Shown here: piece after piece, positions 1 to 7,470 of the stretch | Position numbering within the stretch: the stretch's first letter is position 1 | Layout: each line of letters starts with the position of its first letter | NCBI GenBank assembly: GCA_963718585.1 | Contig: OY970357.1 | Coordinates: 1,050,001-1,082,000 of the forward strand | DNA: 32,000 bases | Origin: Candidatus Saccharimonadota bacterium | Lineage (GTDB): Bacteria; Patescibacteriota; Patescibacteriia; 2-12-FULL-60-25 | Direction of reading: 5' to 3' | The notes under the pieces: model-generated | Told to the model about the DNA's origin: nothing | What the model saw: only the letters and a program-made list of their open reading frames with translations | The model's database searches: none | Program-made: the position numbers and the translations under genes

Positions 1-350
1 GCGAGCCACCACAGGACGAAGACCACGAAGAACGTAAAGAGACCGATCGCTGCAGCGTAGATCTGGGTTCCGGTCAGTCCGATCCGAGAGATGATCCCGA
101 GTGTGGACCAAAATGGATCAAAACGCGGCGCATGAGGTTCGATCGCGTAGAGGTCTTTGAGGAGTGGCGACCCATGGGCGGCCTGCCCGATCTCTGAAAG
201 GTAGACGGCCGTGTCACTGGGGGATCCGATGGTGTCCCCAAGCCAACGCATCCCTGGAGGGGCGCCGGTGGCAAGAAGGGCGAAGACCGTGGCTTCAAGG
301 GCGACCAGTGCAAGGCCGACAAGGAGTGGAAAGGCCCAGGAACGGCGCAT
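1..350 (-). CDS. hypothetical membrane protein, N-terminal fragment (gene continues past window start)
   Basis: Absent from the ORF track because it is open at the window edge. Reverse-strand ATG at 350..348 reads MRRSWAFPLLVGLALVALEATVFALLATG...IYAAAIGLFTFFVVFVLWW, with hydrophobic spans at both ends. It starts 4 nt after the stop of the upstream lipoprotein gene. Confidence 0.5.
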   Translation of the reverse strand, partial: MRRSWAFPLLVGLALVALEATVFALLATGAPPGMRWLGDTIGSPSDTAVYLSEIGQAAHGSPLLKDLYAIEPHAPRFDPFWSTLGIISRIGLTGTQIYAAAIGLFTFFVVFVLWWL

Positions 351-354
351 GGAG

Positions 355-1464
355 CTATTTCACCAGCGGGACGATGAAGGAGACGGCCGAAACCGTGCCA
401 TCTGACGCCGTCCGTTGCCCGCTCGCGAAGAGGGACGGAATGAGATAGATCGTCCGGATGCCGGATCGATCTTCCTCGAACTGGAGGGAGGCGAAGTCGA
501 TCTGCGTGATGATGGCGGAGCCGGAAAGCTTTGAAAGCCCGCCGGAGAGTAATCGTTGTTTGGCTTCCTCTGCCGTGATGGCGGGATAATCAGACCGATC
601 CGGATCCGAATAGAGATTCAGGTGTCCATCGATGACCTTTCCGCTTGTCGTATCGAGGACAAGGTCGATGCCATCGACGCTTCGGGCGTCTGTCGTCACC
701 ACATCGCGTTGATCAACGAGTGCGTGATAGCGGACAACGACCCGTGATGGAAATTCCGGTGTGACGCATGTCGTTGAGGCGGCGAGGGGAAGGGGTGGGG
801 GTCCGCTGGCAAGGAGAGGTTCAGACGTGCCGATGGCATGGATCCGCGTCAGGGTCGCGGTGTCCATGCAGTACCCCATCGCCTTGGCTTGGAGCCACCA
901 GTTATTCCAATCCGGATCCACGACACCGGCGCGATAGGTATCTGAGGAAATGCCAGACGCGATGAGGAAGCCATTCGCATTGCTGATGAGTTGATCGTTC
1001 TGCGGCAGTGTGGTGACCGTGAATGGGCGTGCGGTCACCGAGGCTTCGGAAAAATCCAATGAGCGGTCGTCCGCGTGATAGATCCAGTGACGTCCCTGAT
1101 CATCGGTCCAATCGAGAGCGAGATTACTTTCCGTTGGTGCATTTGAGACCACCCCGGTCGGGATCCCGAGCGCGGATGTCAGATTGCGGAGCTCGATATC
1201 ATTCGGCGTTCCGCGACGCAGGCGGATGACAGTCACGTAGCCCGGGACGGGCGGGATCTCCGCGTTCAGGGTGACGGCCAGCTTTCCGCTTCCCGTTGGG
1301 ATCGATGGCAAGGTTCCGAAGCCATTTTGTCTTGGGACGATGATGTCCGATGTACTGGTCGCGAGTTGCTCAGCTGTCCGCGGGACATTCGGGGTCGTGA
1401 AGCAACCGGCCCCAAGCAGGGCGATCAAGGCCGCGAGGGTCAGGAGACGGGGCGTCGGGGTCAT
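355..1464 (-). CDS. putative secreted lipoprotein, unknown function (369 aa)
   Basis: ORF 355..1593 trimmed to the internal ATG at 1464. The N-terminus MTPTPRLLTLAALIALLGAGC is a signal peptide ending in a lipobox-like Cys. No recognisable catalytic motif. Confidence 0.6.
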   Translation of the reverse strand: MTPTPRLLTLAALIALLGAGCFTTPNVPRTAEQLATSTSDIIVPRQNGFGTLPSIPTGSGKLAVTLNAEIPPVPGYVTVIRLRRGTPNDIELRNLTSALGIPTGVVSNAPTESNLALDWTDDQGRHWIYHADDRSLDFSEASVTARPFTVTTLPQNDQLISNANGFLIASGISSDTYRAGVVDPDWNNWWLQAKAMGYCMDTATLTRIHAIGTSEPLLASGPPPLPLAASTTCVTPEFPSRVVVRYHALVDQRDVVTTDARSVDGIDLVLDTTSGKVIDGHLNLYSDPDRSDYPAITAEEAKQRLLSGGLSKLSGSAIITQIDFASLQFEEDRSGIRTIYLIPSLFASGQRTASDGTVSAVSFIVPLVK

Positions 1465-1508
1465 ACCCGTGCAGTGTACCTTGTCGGTCCTAGCCTGAGA
1501 ACGTGCGA

Positions 1509-1538
1509 TTGACGGTTGTTCCGGATGGTGCCCATACT
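1509..1538 (+). promoter_or_regulatory. candidate sigma70-type promoter for copA
   Basis: TTGACG (1509-1514), an 18-nt spacer, then CATACT (1533-1538). It lies only 4 nt before ATG 1543, which implies a leaderless start or use of ATG 1558. Confidence 0.4.
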
Positions 1539-1542
1539 GGCC

Positions 1543-3771
1543 ATGAATCCAAACACCATGAAACAGATCATCATCCCCATCGAGGGCATGCATTGCGCGA
1601 CATGCGCGGTCACCAATGAGAAAGCGTTGACCGGTGTCCCCGGGGTGATCTCATCGAACGTCAATTTTGCCATGGGGCGGGCGACGATCGAATACGATGA
1701 GACCAAGACCACGCCCGAACAGTTGGCGAACGCGATCCGGGAGAATGGGTATATGCCGGTCATGGATGGCCCGAAAAAGCAGGCCCCGCCGGAACCTGCC
1801 CACGAAAAGATGGATCATGGATCGCACGACGAGGCATCTCATGGTTCGCACATGATGCATGGCGGGTATATCACGGGCCGCGGGCTTATCGTGGCGGTCC
1901 TTCTCGTGATCCCATTATTGATCACCATGTTCGGGATGCCGGAAATCGGGACGGTCTTAGGGCGTCCCGCTTGGTCATGGATCGACCTCATCGTCGCATG
2001 GGTCTTGGTCGCATGGGTCGGTAAACAGTTTCATCGCGGTACATGGAATGAGTTGAAGCATGGTCGGACGAACATGGATACGCTCGTGACCGTTGGGACG
2101 AGTGCAGCGCTATTGTGGAGTACGTATGCGTTCTTCACAGGCGGCGAAACGTATTTCGAGACGGCGGGCATCATCATCGTCTTCCTTCTTTTTGGAAAAT
2201 GGCTTGAGGCACGTCAGCGCATGCGTGCCGGTGCCGCGATCCAGGCGCTGCTTGGCCTGCATCCCACGGTCGCGCATCGGGTGACCGAAGGCGGACGGAC
2301 GGAAGAGGTGGAACCATCCATGCTGAAACCCGGCGATCGGTGTCTCGTGAAACCAGGTGAGCGGATCCCCCAAGATGGGGAGATCGTGGAGGGTCGATCG
2401 AGCATCGATGAGTCCATGCTCACGGGCGAGTCGGTTCCCGTTGAAAAAGGGGTCGGCGCGGAGGTCTTTGGCGCGACGATCAATGGGACCGGGACGTTCA
2501 CCCTGCGCGTGACCGTGGAATCCGGAAGATCCGCACTCGACGCGATCGTTGCGACCGTGGACCATGCGCTTTCCACGAAGTCGCCGGTCGAGAAGCTTGT
2601 GGATCGTGTGTCGAGTGTGTTCGTTCCCGGGGTCATCCTTGCTGCGGTCATCACCTTCATCGCCTGGTTCTTTGTCGGCGTTCCCTTCGGTGAAGTGGTC
2701 CGTCATGCCGTCGCTGTCCTTATCGTGGCATGTCCATGCGCCATGGGGCTCGCGACTCCGGCCGCGATCATGGTCGGGACCGGCGCTGGTGCGAAAAAAG
2801 GCATCCTCGTGAAAGACGGGTCTGCGCTCGAATCTGCGCGGAACATCCGGATGGTCATCTTCGACAAGACCGGTACCCTCACAGAAGGATCACCGACGGT
2901 CACGGATGTGATCCCGCATGGCGTTTCGGAAGAAGAACTGATCTCTGTCGCTGCGGCGCTCGAGGGTGCGTCTGAACATCCCTTAGCCAAGGCCGTGCTT
3001 GCGGAGAGTGATCGTCGCGAACTTCCTCGCATCCGCGTGGAACACGTCGAAGCCATCCCGGGACAAGGCGTAAAAGGCGTGGTCGATGGAATGCCGGCGT
3101 TGCTTGGAAAACCGGAATGGATCGCCGCGCAAGGCATACCGATGGACCCGTCAGGCGCGGATGCCCTCCGGGCTAAGGCGAAGACCCTCATCGCAGTCGC
3201 GAAGAATGGCGCGTTCCTCGGACTCATCGCGGCCATGGATCGGCCAAAGGCAGACGCCGCAGACGCCGTTCGTGCGTTGAAGGACGAAGGGATATCGACT
3301 GCGCTCCTGACGGGAGATCATCAAGAGACCGCAAATGCGATCGCAAAGGAGCTTGGGATCAAGACGGTCATCGCACAGGTGACGCCGACGCAAAAAGCGG
3401 ATGAAGTGAAGAAGCTCCAGGCGAATGGACAAAAGGTCGCCTTCGTCGGCGACGGTCTGAACGACGCGCCCGCATTGGCACAAGCGGATCTCGGCATCGC
3501 GATCGGGACCGGGACGGACGTCGCCATCGCGACAGGCCAGATCGTGCTCATGTCCGGGTCGCCACGCAAAGCTGCGGAAGCCGTCCGCCTCGCGCGCCTG
3601 ACGTTCCGCGCCATCAAGCAAAATCTCTTCTGGGCCTTCATCTATAATATCATCGGCATCCCGCTTGCGGCATTCGGCATTCTGAAACCGATCGTCGCAT
3701 CCTTTGCCATGGCCATGTCGAGCGTGAGCGTTCTCACGAATTCGCTTCGCGTCGCGAGGAAGATGCGTTGA
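1543..3771 (+). CDS. copA: copper-translocating P1B-type ATPase
   Basis: N-terminal HMA domain with GMHCATC. His-rich stretch [25 protein letters not shown] actuator motif ([10 protein letters not shown]), CPC in the TM helix ([12 protein letters not shown]), DKTGT phosphorylation site ([10 protein letters not shown]) and [10 protein letters not shown] hinge. The track start is TTG 1516; ATG 1543 or ATG 1558 ([13 protein letters not shown]) is more likely. Confidence 0.93.
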   Translation: MNPNTMKQIIIPIEGMHCATCAVTNEKALTGVPGVISSNVNFAMGRATIEYDETKTTPEQLANAIRENGYMPVMDGPKKQAPPEPAHEKMDHGSHDEASHGSHMMHGGYITGRGLIVAVLLVIPLLITMFGMPEIGTVLGRPAWSWIDLIVAWVLVAWVGKQFHRGTWNELKHGRTNMDTLVTVGTSAALLWSTYAFFTGGETYFETAGIIIVFLLFGKWLEARQRMRAGAAIQALLGLHPTVAHRVTEGGRTEEVEPSMLKPGDRCLVKPGERIPQDGEIVEGRSSIDESMLTGESVPVEKGVGAEVFGATINGTGTFTLRVTVESGRSALDAIVATVDHALSTKSPVEKLVDRVSSVFVPGVILAAVITFIAWFFVGVPFGEVVRHAVAVLIVACPCAMGLATPAAIMVGTGAGAKKGILVKDGSALESARNIRMVIFDKTGTLTEGSPTVTDVIPHGVSEEELISVAAALEGASEHPLAKAVLAESDRRELPRIRVEHVEAIPGQGVKGVVDGMPALLGKPEWIAAQGIPMDPSGADALRAKAKTLIAVAKNGAFLGLIAAMDRPKADAADAVRALKDEGISTALLTGDHQETANAIAKELGIKTVIAQVTPTQKADEVKKLQANGQKVAFVGDGLNDAPALAQADLGIAIGTGTDVAIATGQIVLMSGSPRKAAEAVRLARLTFRAIKQNLFWAFIYNIIGIPLAAFGILKPIVASFAMAMSSVSVLTNSLRVARKMR

Positions 3772-3780
3772 CCGGATACA

Positions 3781-3817
3781 AAACGACCCCACTTCTCGTG
3801 AGAGGTGGGGTCGTTTT
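3781..3817. terminator. bidirectional intrinsic terminator between copA and the convergent lipoprotein gene
   Basis: aaacgaccccac(t)tctc-gt-gaga(g)gtggggtcgttt is a long GC-rich hairpin, A-rich on the left and T-rich on the right. Confidence 0.8.
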
Positions 3818-3896
3818 CATTCCTGATCGTTCCTCTCTCCTCAGAGAAACGTTCGGGAGTGTGGCGGTACAGACGAGTGTCTGTACCGCCGCTTCA

Positions 3897-4223
3897 TCAC
3901 CGAGCGGCGACGAAGGTGTAGGCCGGCGCTTGGACGCACCGGTTGCCGCCGTTGGTCGTTGCGCCGGAGCACAACGTGTTGCGGGGCATGGCTGCCACCG
4001 GAGCGTGATGCTCGGTGGAACCGACGTTCGGGGTCCCGACGGTGATGTGGTACATCGCGGTCGGATCATCCGAGGTCGGCGGCGCCACGACGGTCTCGTG
4101 AGCCATGGCCATGGTCGGTGCCTTAGGCGCCTGAGCAGCAGTGGTACCGCAGCCGGCGGCGAGGCCGAGGGTGACGATGGCGAGGCTGATGAGACCGATC
4201 TTGTGGCTGATGGGGTTGTTCAT
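3897..4223 (-). CDS. small His/Met-rich lipoprotein (108 aa), possible copper-binding protein
   Basis: MNNPISHKIGLISLAIVTLGLAAGC is a signal peptide with a canonical LAAGC lipobox. The mature part carries MAMAH, MYH, EHH and AAM plus two Cys. It has its own consensus promoter and shares a terminator with copA. The overlapping plus-strand ORF 3768..4268 is Arg/Gly-rich noise. Confidence 0.7.
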   Translation of the reverse strand: MNNPISHKIGLISLAIVTLGLAAGCGTTAAQAPKAPTMAMAHETVVAPPTSDDPTAMYHITVGTPNVGSTEHHAPVAAMPRNTLCSGATTNGGNRCVQAPAYTFVAAR

Positions 4224-4291
4224 GGAAGGTGCCTTCTTTCGTTGACGTTGACGTTGCGGTTGAGGTGAAAGAGTCTTCGATTTAACAAAGT

Positions 4292-4320
4292 ACTATAGCA
4301 CGTATTGATACTTTTGTCAA
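4292..4320 (-). promoter_or_regulatory. sigma70-type promoter for the small lipoprotein gene
   Basis: The minus strand reads TTGACA (4320..4315), then aaagtatcaatacgtgc (17 nt), then TATAGT (4297..4292). Confidence 0.65.
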
Positions 4321-4329
4321 GTCTATCAG

Positions 4330-4380
4330 TAGCCATTTTATGGCTAAATTTAGCTAATTTATGTTAGCTTTGTTAAGCTA
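4330..4380. promoter_or_regulatory. array of four overlapping palindromes built on TAGC(C/T)A half-sites (candidate operator array)
   Basis: TAGCCATtttATGGCTA (4330-4346), GCTAAATTTAGC (4343-4354, perfect 12-mer), AGCTAAtttatgTTAGCT (4352-4369) and TAGCTTtgttAAGCTA (4365-4380). GCTA cores recur about every 10-12 bp. Confidence 0.5.
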
Positions 4381-4413
4381 ATATTTACATCATTATTTCA
4401 GATGCTTCGTTCT

Positions 4414-4431
4414 TTGGCTCAATAGAGCCAA
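4414..4431. promoter_or_regulatory. perfect 7-4-7 palindrome upstream of the Rrf2 gene (candidate autoregulatory operator)
   Basis: TTGGCTCaataGAGCCAA sits about 80 nt upstream of the Rrf2 ATG. A second palindrome, GGCACttGTGCC, lies at 4458-4469. Confidence 0.4.
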
Positions 4432-4511
4432 GGGTGCTGTTCTGCAGGAATTTTGAAGGCACTTGTGCCAATTTCTTTGTTGGAGTAAATTCCCAGTTAC
4501 AAACTAGGAAT

Positions 4512-4922
4512 ATGCCGAATCTCTTCCATGTTTCTGCGCGCGATCATGGCGCACTCATCCTCATGACAGCCTTGGCGGAAGCGCATGCAACAGAGAGCTA
4601 TCTCTCGTTGCAGGAGATCGCGGACCGCATGCGGCTGTCCCAGGGATATCTGGAAGAGATCGCGCGGTCGCTGAAGACCGCAGGCTTGATCCAGGGGAAA
4701 CAAGGGCCGAGCGGCGGGTACCGACTAGCGAAGGATCCGCAGGCGATCACGCTTGAGGCGATCCTGGTCGCCCTCGAAGGGCCGGTCGAGCTTGTAGACT
4801 GCCAGTCATCCGCGACGGGGTGTCCGGTCTCGGACCGGTGCGTTTCAAAAAACGTCTGGAATAGACTTCAAGAGACACTTCAAAAGACCTTGCGCGAGAT
4901 GACGCTCGCGGAGGCGATCTGA
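4512..4922 (+). CDS. Rrf2-family transcriptional regulator (IscR-like, three-Cys cluster-ligand pattern)
   Basis: ORF 4434..4922 trimmed to ATG 4512, preceded by AGGAA. The wHTH region is LSLQEIADRMRLSQGYLEEIARSLKTAGLIQGKQGPSGGYRLAKDP. The Cys triad is VDCQSSATGCPVSDRC. It sits first in the Fe-S operon. Confidence 0.88.
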   Translation: MPNLFHVSARDHGALILMTALAEAHATESYLSLQEIADRMRLSQGYLEEIARSLKTAGLIQGKQGPSGGYRLAKDPQAITLEAILVALEGPVELVDCQSSATGCPVSDRCVSKNVWNRLQETLQKTLREMTLAEAI

Positions 4923-4925
4923 ATT

Positions 4926-6122
4926 ATGCATGAGACCTATCTTGATCACGCTGCGACGACGTACGTTGACGAGCGTGTCCTGGACGCGATGTTGCCGTAC
5001 TTCGCCGGCGTGTCCGCGAATCCGTCGTCTTTCCATACGCCGGGGATGCGCGCAAAAGAAGCGGTCGCCGATGCACGGGCATCGATCGGAAAGATCCTGA
5101 ATAGCCGCGCGGATGAGATCATCTTCACGTCCGGTGGGACCGAGTCCGATAACCTCGCTGTGATGGGTATCATCCGTGCGCATGCGTCAAAGGGGAACCA
5201 CGTCATCACGACGTCGATCGAACATCACGCCGTGCTCGAACCGTTGTTGCACGCGCAAAAGAAAAAAGAGATCGAGTTGACCATCCTTCCTGTTGATCGG
5301 GATGGCCGGGTGTCTGTGGCTGAGTTCGAAGCGGCGTTGCGTCCGGACACGGTCCTCGTGTCAGTGATGTATGCGAACAATGAGATCGGGACGATCGAGC
5401 CGATCGCGGATCTCGGTCGCGCGATCCTCAAGTGGCGGAAAGCACACGAGACGGCGTTGCCCTATTTTCATACGGATGCCTGTCAGGCGGCTGGTGCGTG
5501 CGATCTGGATGTTGAAAAGCTGCATGTCGATCTGCTGACGCTGAATGGATCCAAGATCTACGGCCCGAAAGGCGTTGGTGTCCTGTATGTTCGGCGTGGT
5601 ACGAAGGTTGAGCCGCTCGTCCGCGGTGGCGGGCAGGAAAAGAACATTCGCGCCGGGACGGAAAACGTGCCTGGGATCATTGGATTGTCGAAGGCACTTG
5701 AGTTGTCGCAGACGGAGAAGGGTGCAGAGAACGCGCGGCTCATCGCACTGCGCGATCGGCTCATCGATGGACTCCTCAAGATCCCGAAGACGCGGTTGAA
5801 CGGTCATCGGACCGAACGTTTGCCGAACAATGCGAATATCTCGTTCCTCGATATCGAAGGGGAAGCGGCCGTGCTCTATCTCGATGCCGAGGGGATCTAC
5901 TGTTCGACCGGATCGGCCTGCGCATCTGCATCGCTTGATCCGTCGCACGTCATCCTCGCGACCGGCCTTTCGTACGAAGGCGCACATGGATCACTTCGGT
6001 TCACTCTCGGCAAGCGGACGACCGACGCGGACGTCGAGCACGTTCTCGCGGTCATGCCCGGTGTGGTCGCAAAGCTCCGGCATATGAGTCCCGTCAATTT
6101 AGATATGAAATATTTTGCCTAG
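4926..6122 (+). CDS. nifS: cysteine desulfurase (NifS/IscS class, PLP-dependent)
   Basis: N-terminus YLDHAATTYVDERV. PLP lysine context NGSKIYGPKGVG. Active-site loop CSTGSACASASLDPSHV. It starts 4 nt after the Rrf2 stop. Confidence 0.93.
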   Translation: MHETYLDHAATTYVDERVLDAMLPYFAGVSANPSSFHTPGMRAKEAVADARASIGKILNSRADEIIFTSGGTESDNLAVMGIIRAHASKGNHVITTSIEHHAVLEPLLHAQKKKEIELTILPVDRDGRVSVAEFEAALRPDTVLVSVMYANNEIGTIEPIADLGRAILKWRKAHETALPYFHTDACQAAGACDLDVEKLHVDLLTLNGSKIYGPKGVGVLYVRRGTKVEPLVRGGGQEKNIRAGTENVPGIIGLSKALELSQTEKGAENARLIALRDRLIDGLLKIPKTRLNGHRTERLPNNANISFLDIEGEAAVLYLDAEGIYCSTGSACASASLDPSHVILATGLSYEGAHGSLRFTLGKRTTDADVEHVLAVMPGVVAKLRHMSPVNLDMKYFA

Positions 6123-6132
6123 CATCGCCAGC

Positions 6133-6229
6133 TGATCGCGACCTGCTCGGGCTTCGTCGTGGAATGCACTCATCGTACGTTTCAGTACGCCTCGTGCATT
6201 CCTCGCTCCAGCCCATCGCATCTCATCGA
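6133..6229 (+). repeat. structured intergenic repeat, copy A (about 97 nt long imperfect hairpin)
   Basis: Aligns at roughly 80% identity with 29854-29951. Shares the core C(A)(G/T)CGTAC-N6-GTACGCC with 14357-14377. Internal stems are ggaatgcac/gtgcattcc and gggct/agccc. Confidence 0.75.
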
Positions 6230-6252
6230 TCTTCTGCCGATGCCCATCCCCT

Positions 6253-6933
6253 ATGACATCACCTATCACCAAACCATCTCAAGACGCGCGCTCCGGCGAC
6301 GTCGTCGCGACCTCCAAAGATAAAGGCTGGTTCTACACCGACACGGTCAAAGAACACTTCTTCCATCCGAAGAATTTCATGGAGGATGAAGCGGCCTATG
6401 CGGATGCGGCCATGGGCATGGTCGGATCGCCGGCCTGCGGCGACGCCATGAAGATCTGGATCAAGGTGGATCCGGTGGCCGAGCGCATCACGGACATGAA
6501 GTGGAAGACGTTCGGTTGCGGATCCGCGATCGCGTCCACGTCCATGATGTCCGTCATGGTGACAGAGAATGGCGGCGTCACGCTCGACGAAGCACGTAAG
6601 CTCCGGCCGCAAAACATCATGGAACGGCTTGGTGGTCTGCCGGCGCGTAAGGTCCATTGTTCCGTGCTCGGCGACAAAGCGCTGCGCGCCGCGATCAATG
6701 ACTGGTATCGCAAGACCGGGAAGACGGACAAGATCGAGATCGAACAGGGTCGCGTCATCGACAAGGTCTTGAAGGTCACGGATCATGATATCGAGGAAGC
6801 GGTGCTTGATGGGGCGGATACCCTGGAGAAGGTCCAAGCCAAGACCAAGGCCGGCACCGGTGATCCGTCATGCATTCCGGAAGTGGAGAACTTGATCCGA
6901 TTTTACAAAGAGAAGTACTTCGGGGCAGAATGA
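6253..6933 (+). CDS. nifU: NifU-like Fe-S scaffold: IscU-type N-domain plus Cys-depleted BFD-like central domain
   Basis: IscU motifs GSPACGDAMKIWIKV, KTFGCGSAIASTSM and HCSVLGDKALRAAINDW. The C-terminal segment LKVTDHDIEEAVLDGADTLEKVQAKTKAGTGDPSCIPEVENLI resembles a BFD [2Fe-2S] domain but keeps only one Cys. Confidence 0.88.
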   Translation: MTSPITKPSQDARSGDVVATSKDKGWFYTDTVKEHFFHPKNFMEDEAAYADAAMGMVGSPACGDAMKIWIKVDPVAERITDMKWKTFGCGSAIASTSMMSVMVTENGGVTLDEARKLRPQNIMERLGGLPARKVHCSVLGDKALRAAINDWYRKTGKTDKIEIEQGRVIDKVLKVTDHDIEEAVLDGADTLEKVQAKTKAGTGDPSCIPEVENLIRFYKEKYFGAE

Positions 6934-6940
6934 CGTCGAT

Positions 6941-7165
6941 ATGACGATGAATGAACGATTGGAACAACTGATCAACGGTCTCCGTCCCCCATTACTCATG
7001 CAGGGGCGTGATATTGCGTTGGCGGAAGCGACGGAAGAGCGGATCGGTGTTACGCTCTCCGGCTTTTGTACCGGCTGCGGCTGCTCGTCCGAGTATGTGG
7101 ACGGGCTTCGTGAGATGTTGATGCAGCAATTCCCCGATCACGTCATCAGTGTCGAGGCAGTCTGA
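6941..7165 (+). CDS. Nfu / NifU C-terminal-domain protein (74 aa)
   Basis: LINGLRPPLLMQGRDIALAEATEERIGVTLSGFCTGCGCS carries the CxxC of the NifU C-terminal domain. It starts 7 nt after the nifU stop, so the three-domain NifU is split into two genes. Confidence 0.8.
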   Translation: MTMNERLEQLINGLRPPLLMQGRDIALAEATEERIGVTLSGFCTGCGCSSEYVDGLREMLMQQFPDHVISVEAV

Positions 7166-7166
7166 G

Positions 7167-7409
7167 ATGCCGGAGAAAAGACCATTGAAGATCGGGAAGA
7201 TCGTGGTGGATCGTGACGCGTGCATCGGGGCGGCGCCATGTGTGACCGTCGCGCCTGGGGTGTTCCAACTCGACGACGAAGACAAGGCGATCATCTTGGA
7301 CCCGCAGGGGGCAGATGATGAGACGATCCTGCTCGCGGCGCAGGCCTGTCCGGTCCAGGCGATCATTCTGTACGACGAGGAAGGGGGTCAGATCTATCCC
7401 GAGGAATAG
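7167..7409 (+). CDS. small single-cluster ferredoxin (80 aa)
   Basis: IVVDRDACIGAAPCVTVAPGVFQLDD...AAQACPVQAI has the Cys pattern of mono-cluster [3Fe-4S]/[4Fe-4S] ferredoxins. ATG 7167 follows the upstream stop directly, with GAGG 10 nt upstream. The track start is GTG 7149. Confidence 0.8.
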   Translation: MPEKRPLKIGKIVVDRDACIGAAPCVTVAPGVFQLDDEDKAIILDPQGADDETILLAAQACPVQAIILYDEEGGQIYPEE

Positions 7410-7414
7410 AAAAA

Positions 7415-7436
7415 CCCCGCCATGTGTGTGGCGGGG
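7415..7436. terminator. GC hairpin at the convergent gene junction
   Basis: aaaaa-CCCCGCCA-tgtgtg-TGGCGGGG. The A-tract on the plus strand gives a T-tract for the minus-strand gene. Confidence 0.65.
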
Positions 7437-7446
7437 TGAGGGAGAA

Positions 7447-7470
7447 CTGACCAGAAGGGTCAGTATTTTT
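7447..7470 (+). terminator. intrinsic terminator of the Fe-S operon
   Basis: CTGACCagaagGGTCAG followed by tattttt. It overlaps the stop codon of the convergent gene. Confidence 0.6.

Noticed and set aside
3768-4268. 166-aa plus-strand ORF overlapping the small lipoprotein gene
   Set aside because: The translation is Arg/Gly-rich noise. It begins inside the copA terminator. The minus-strand ORF has a signal peptide, lipobox, promoter and terminator.
4269-4511. AT-rich island as a mobile-element remnant or horizontally acquired insert
   Set aside because: There are no terminal inverted repeats, target-site duplication, integrase or transposase. The region holds a functional-looking promoter and operator-like palindromes, so a regulatory region is the simpler reading.
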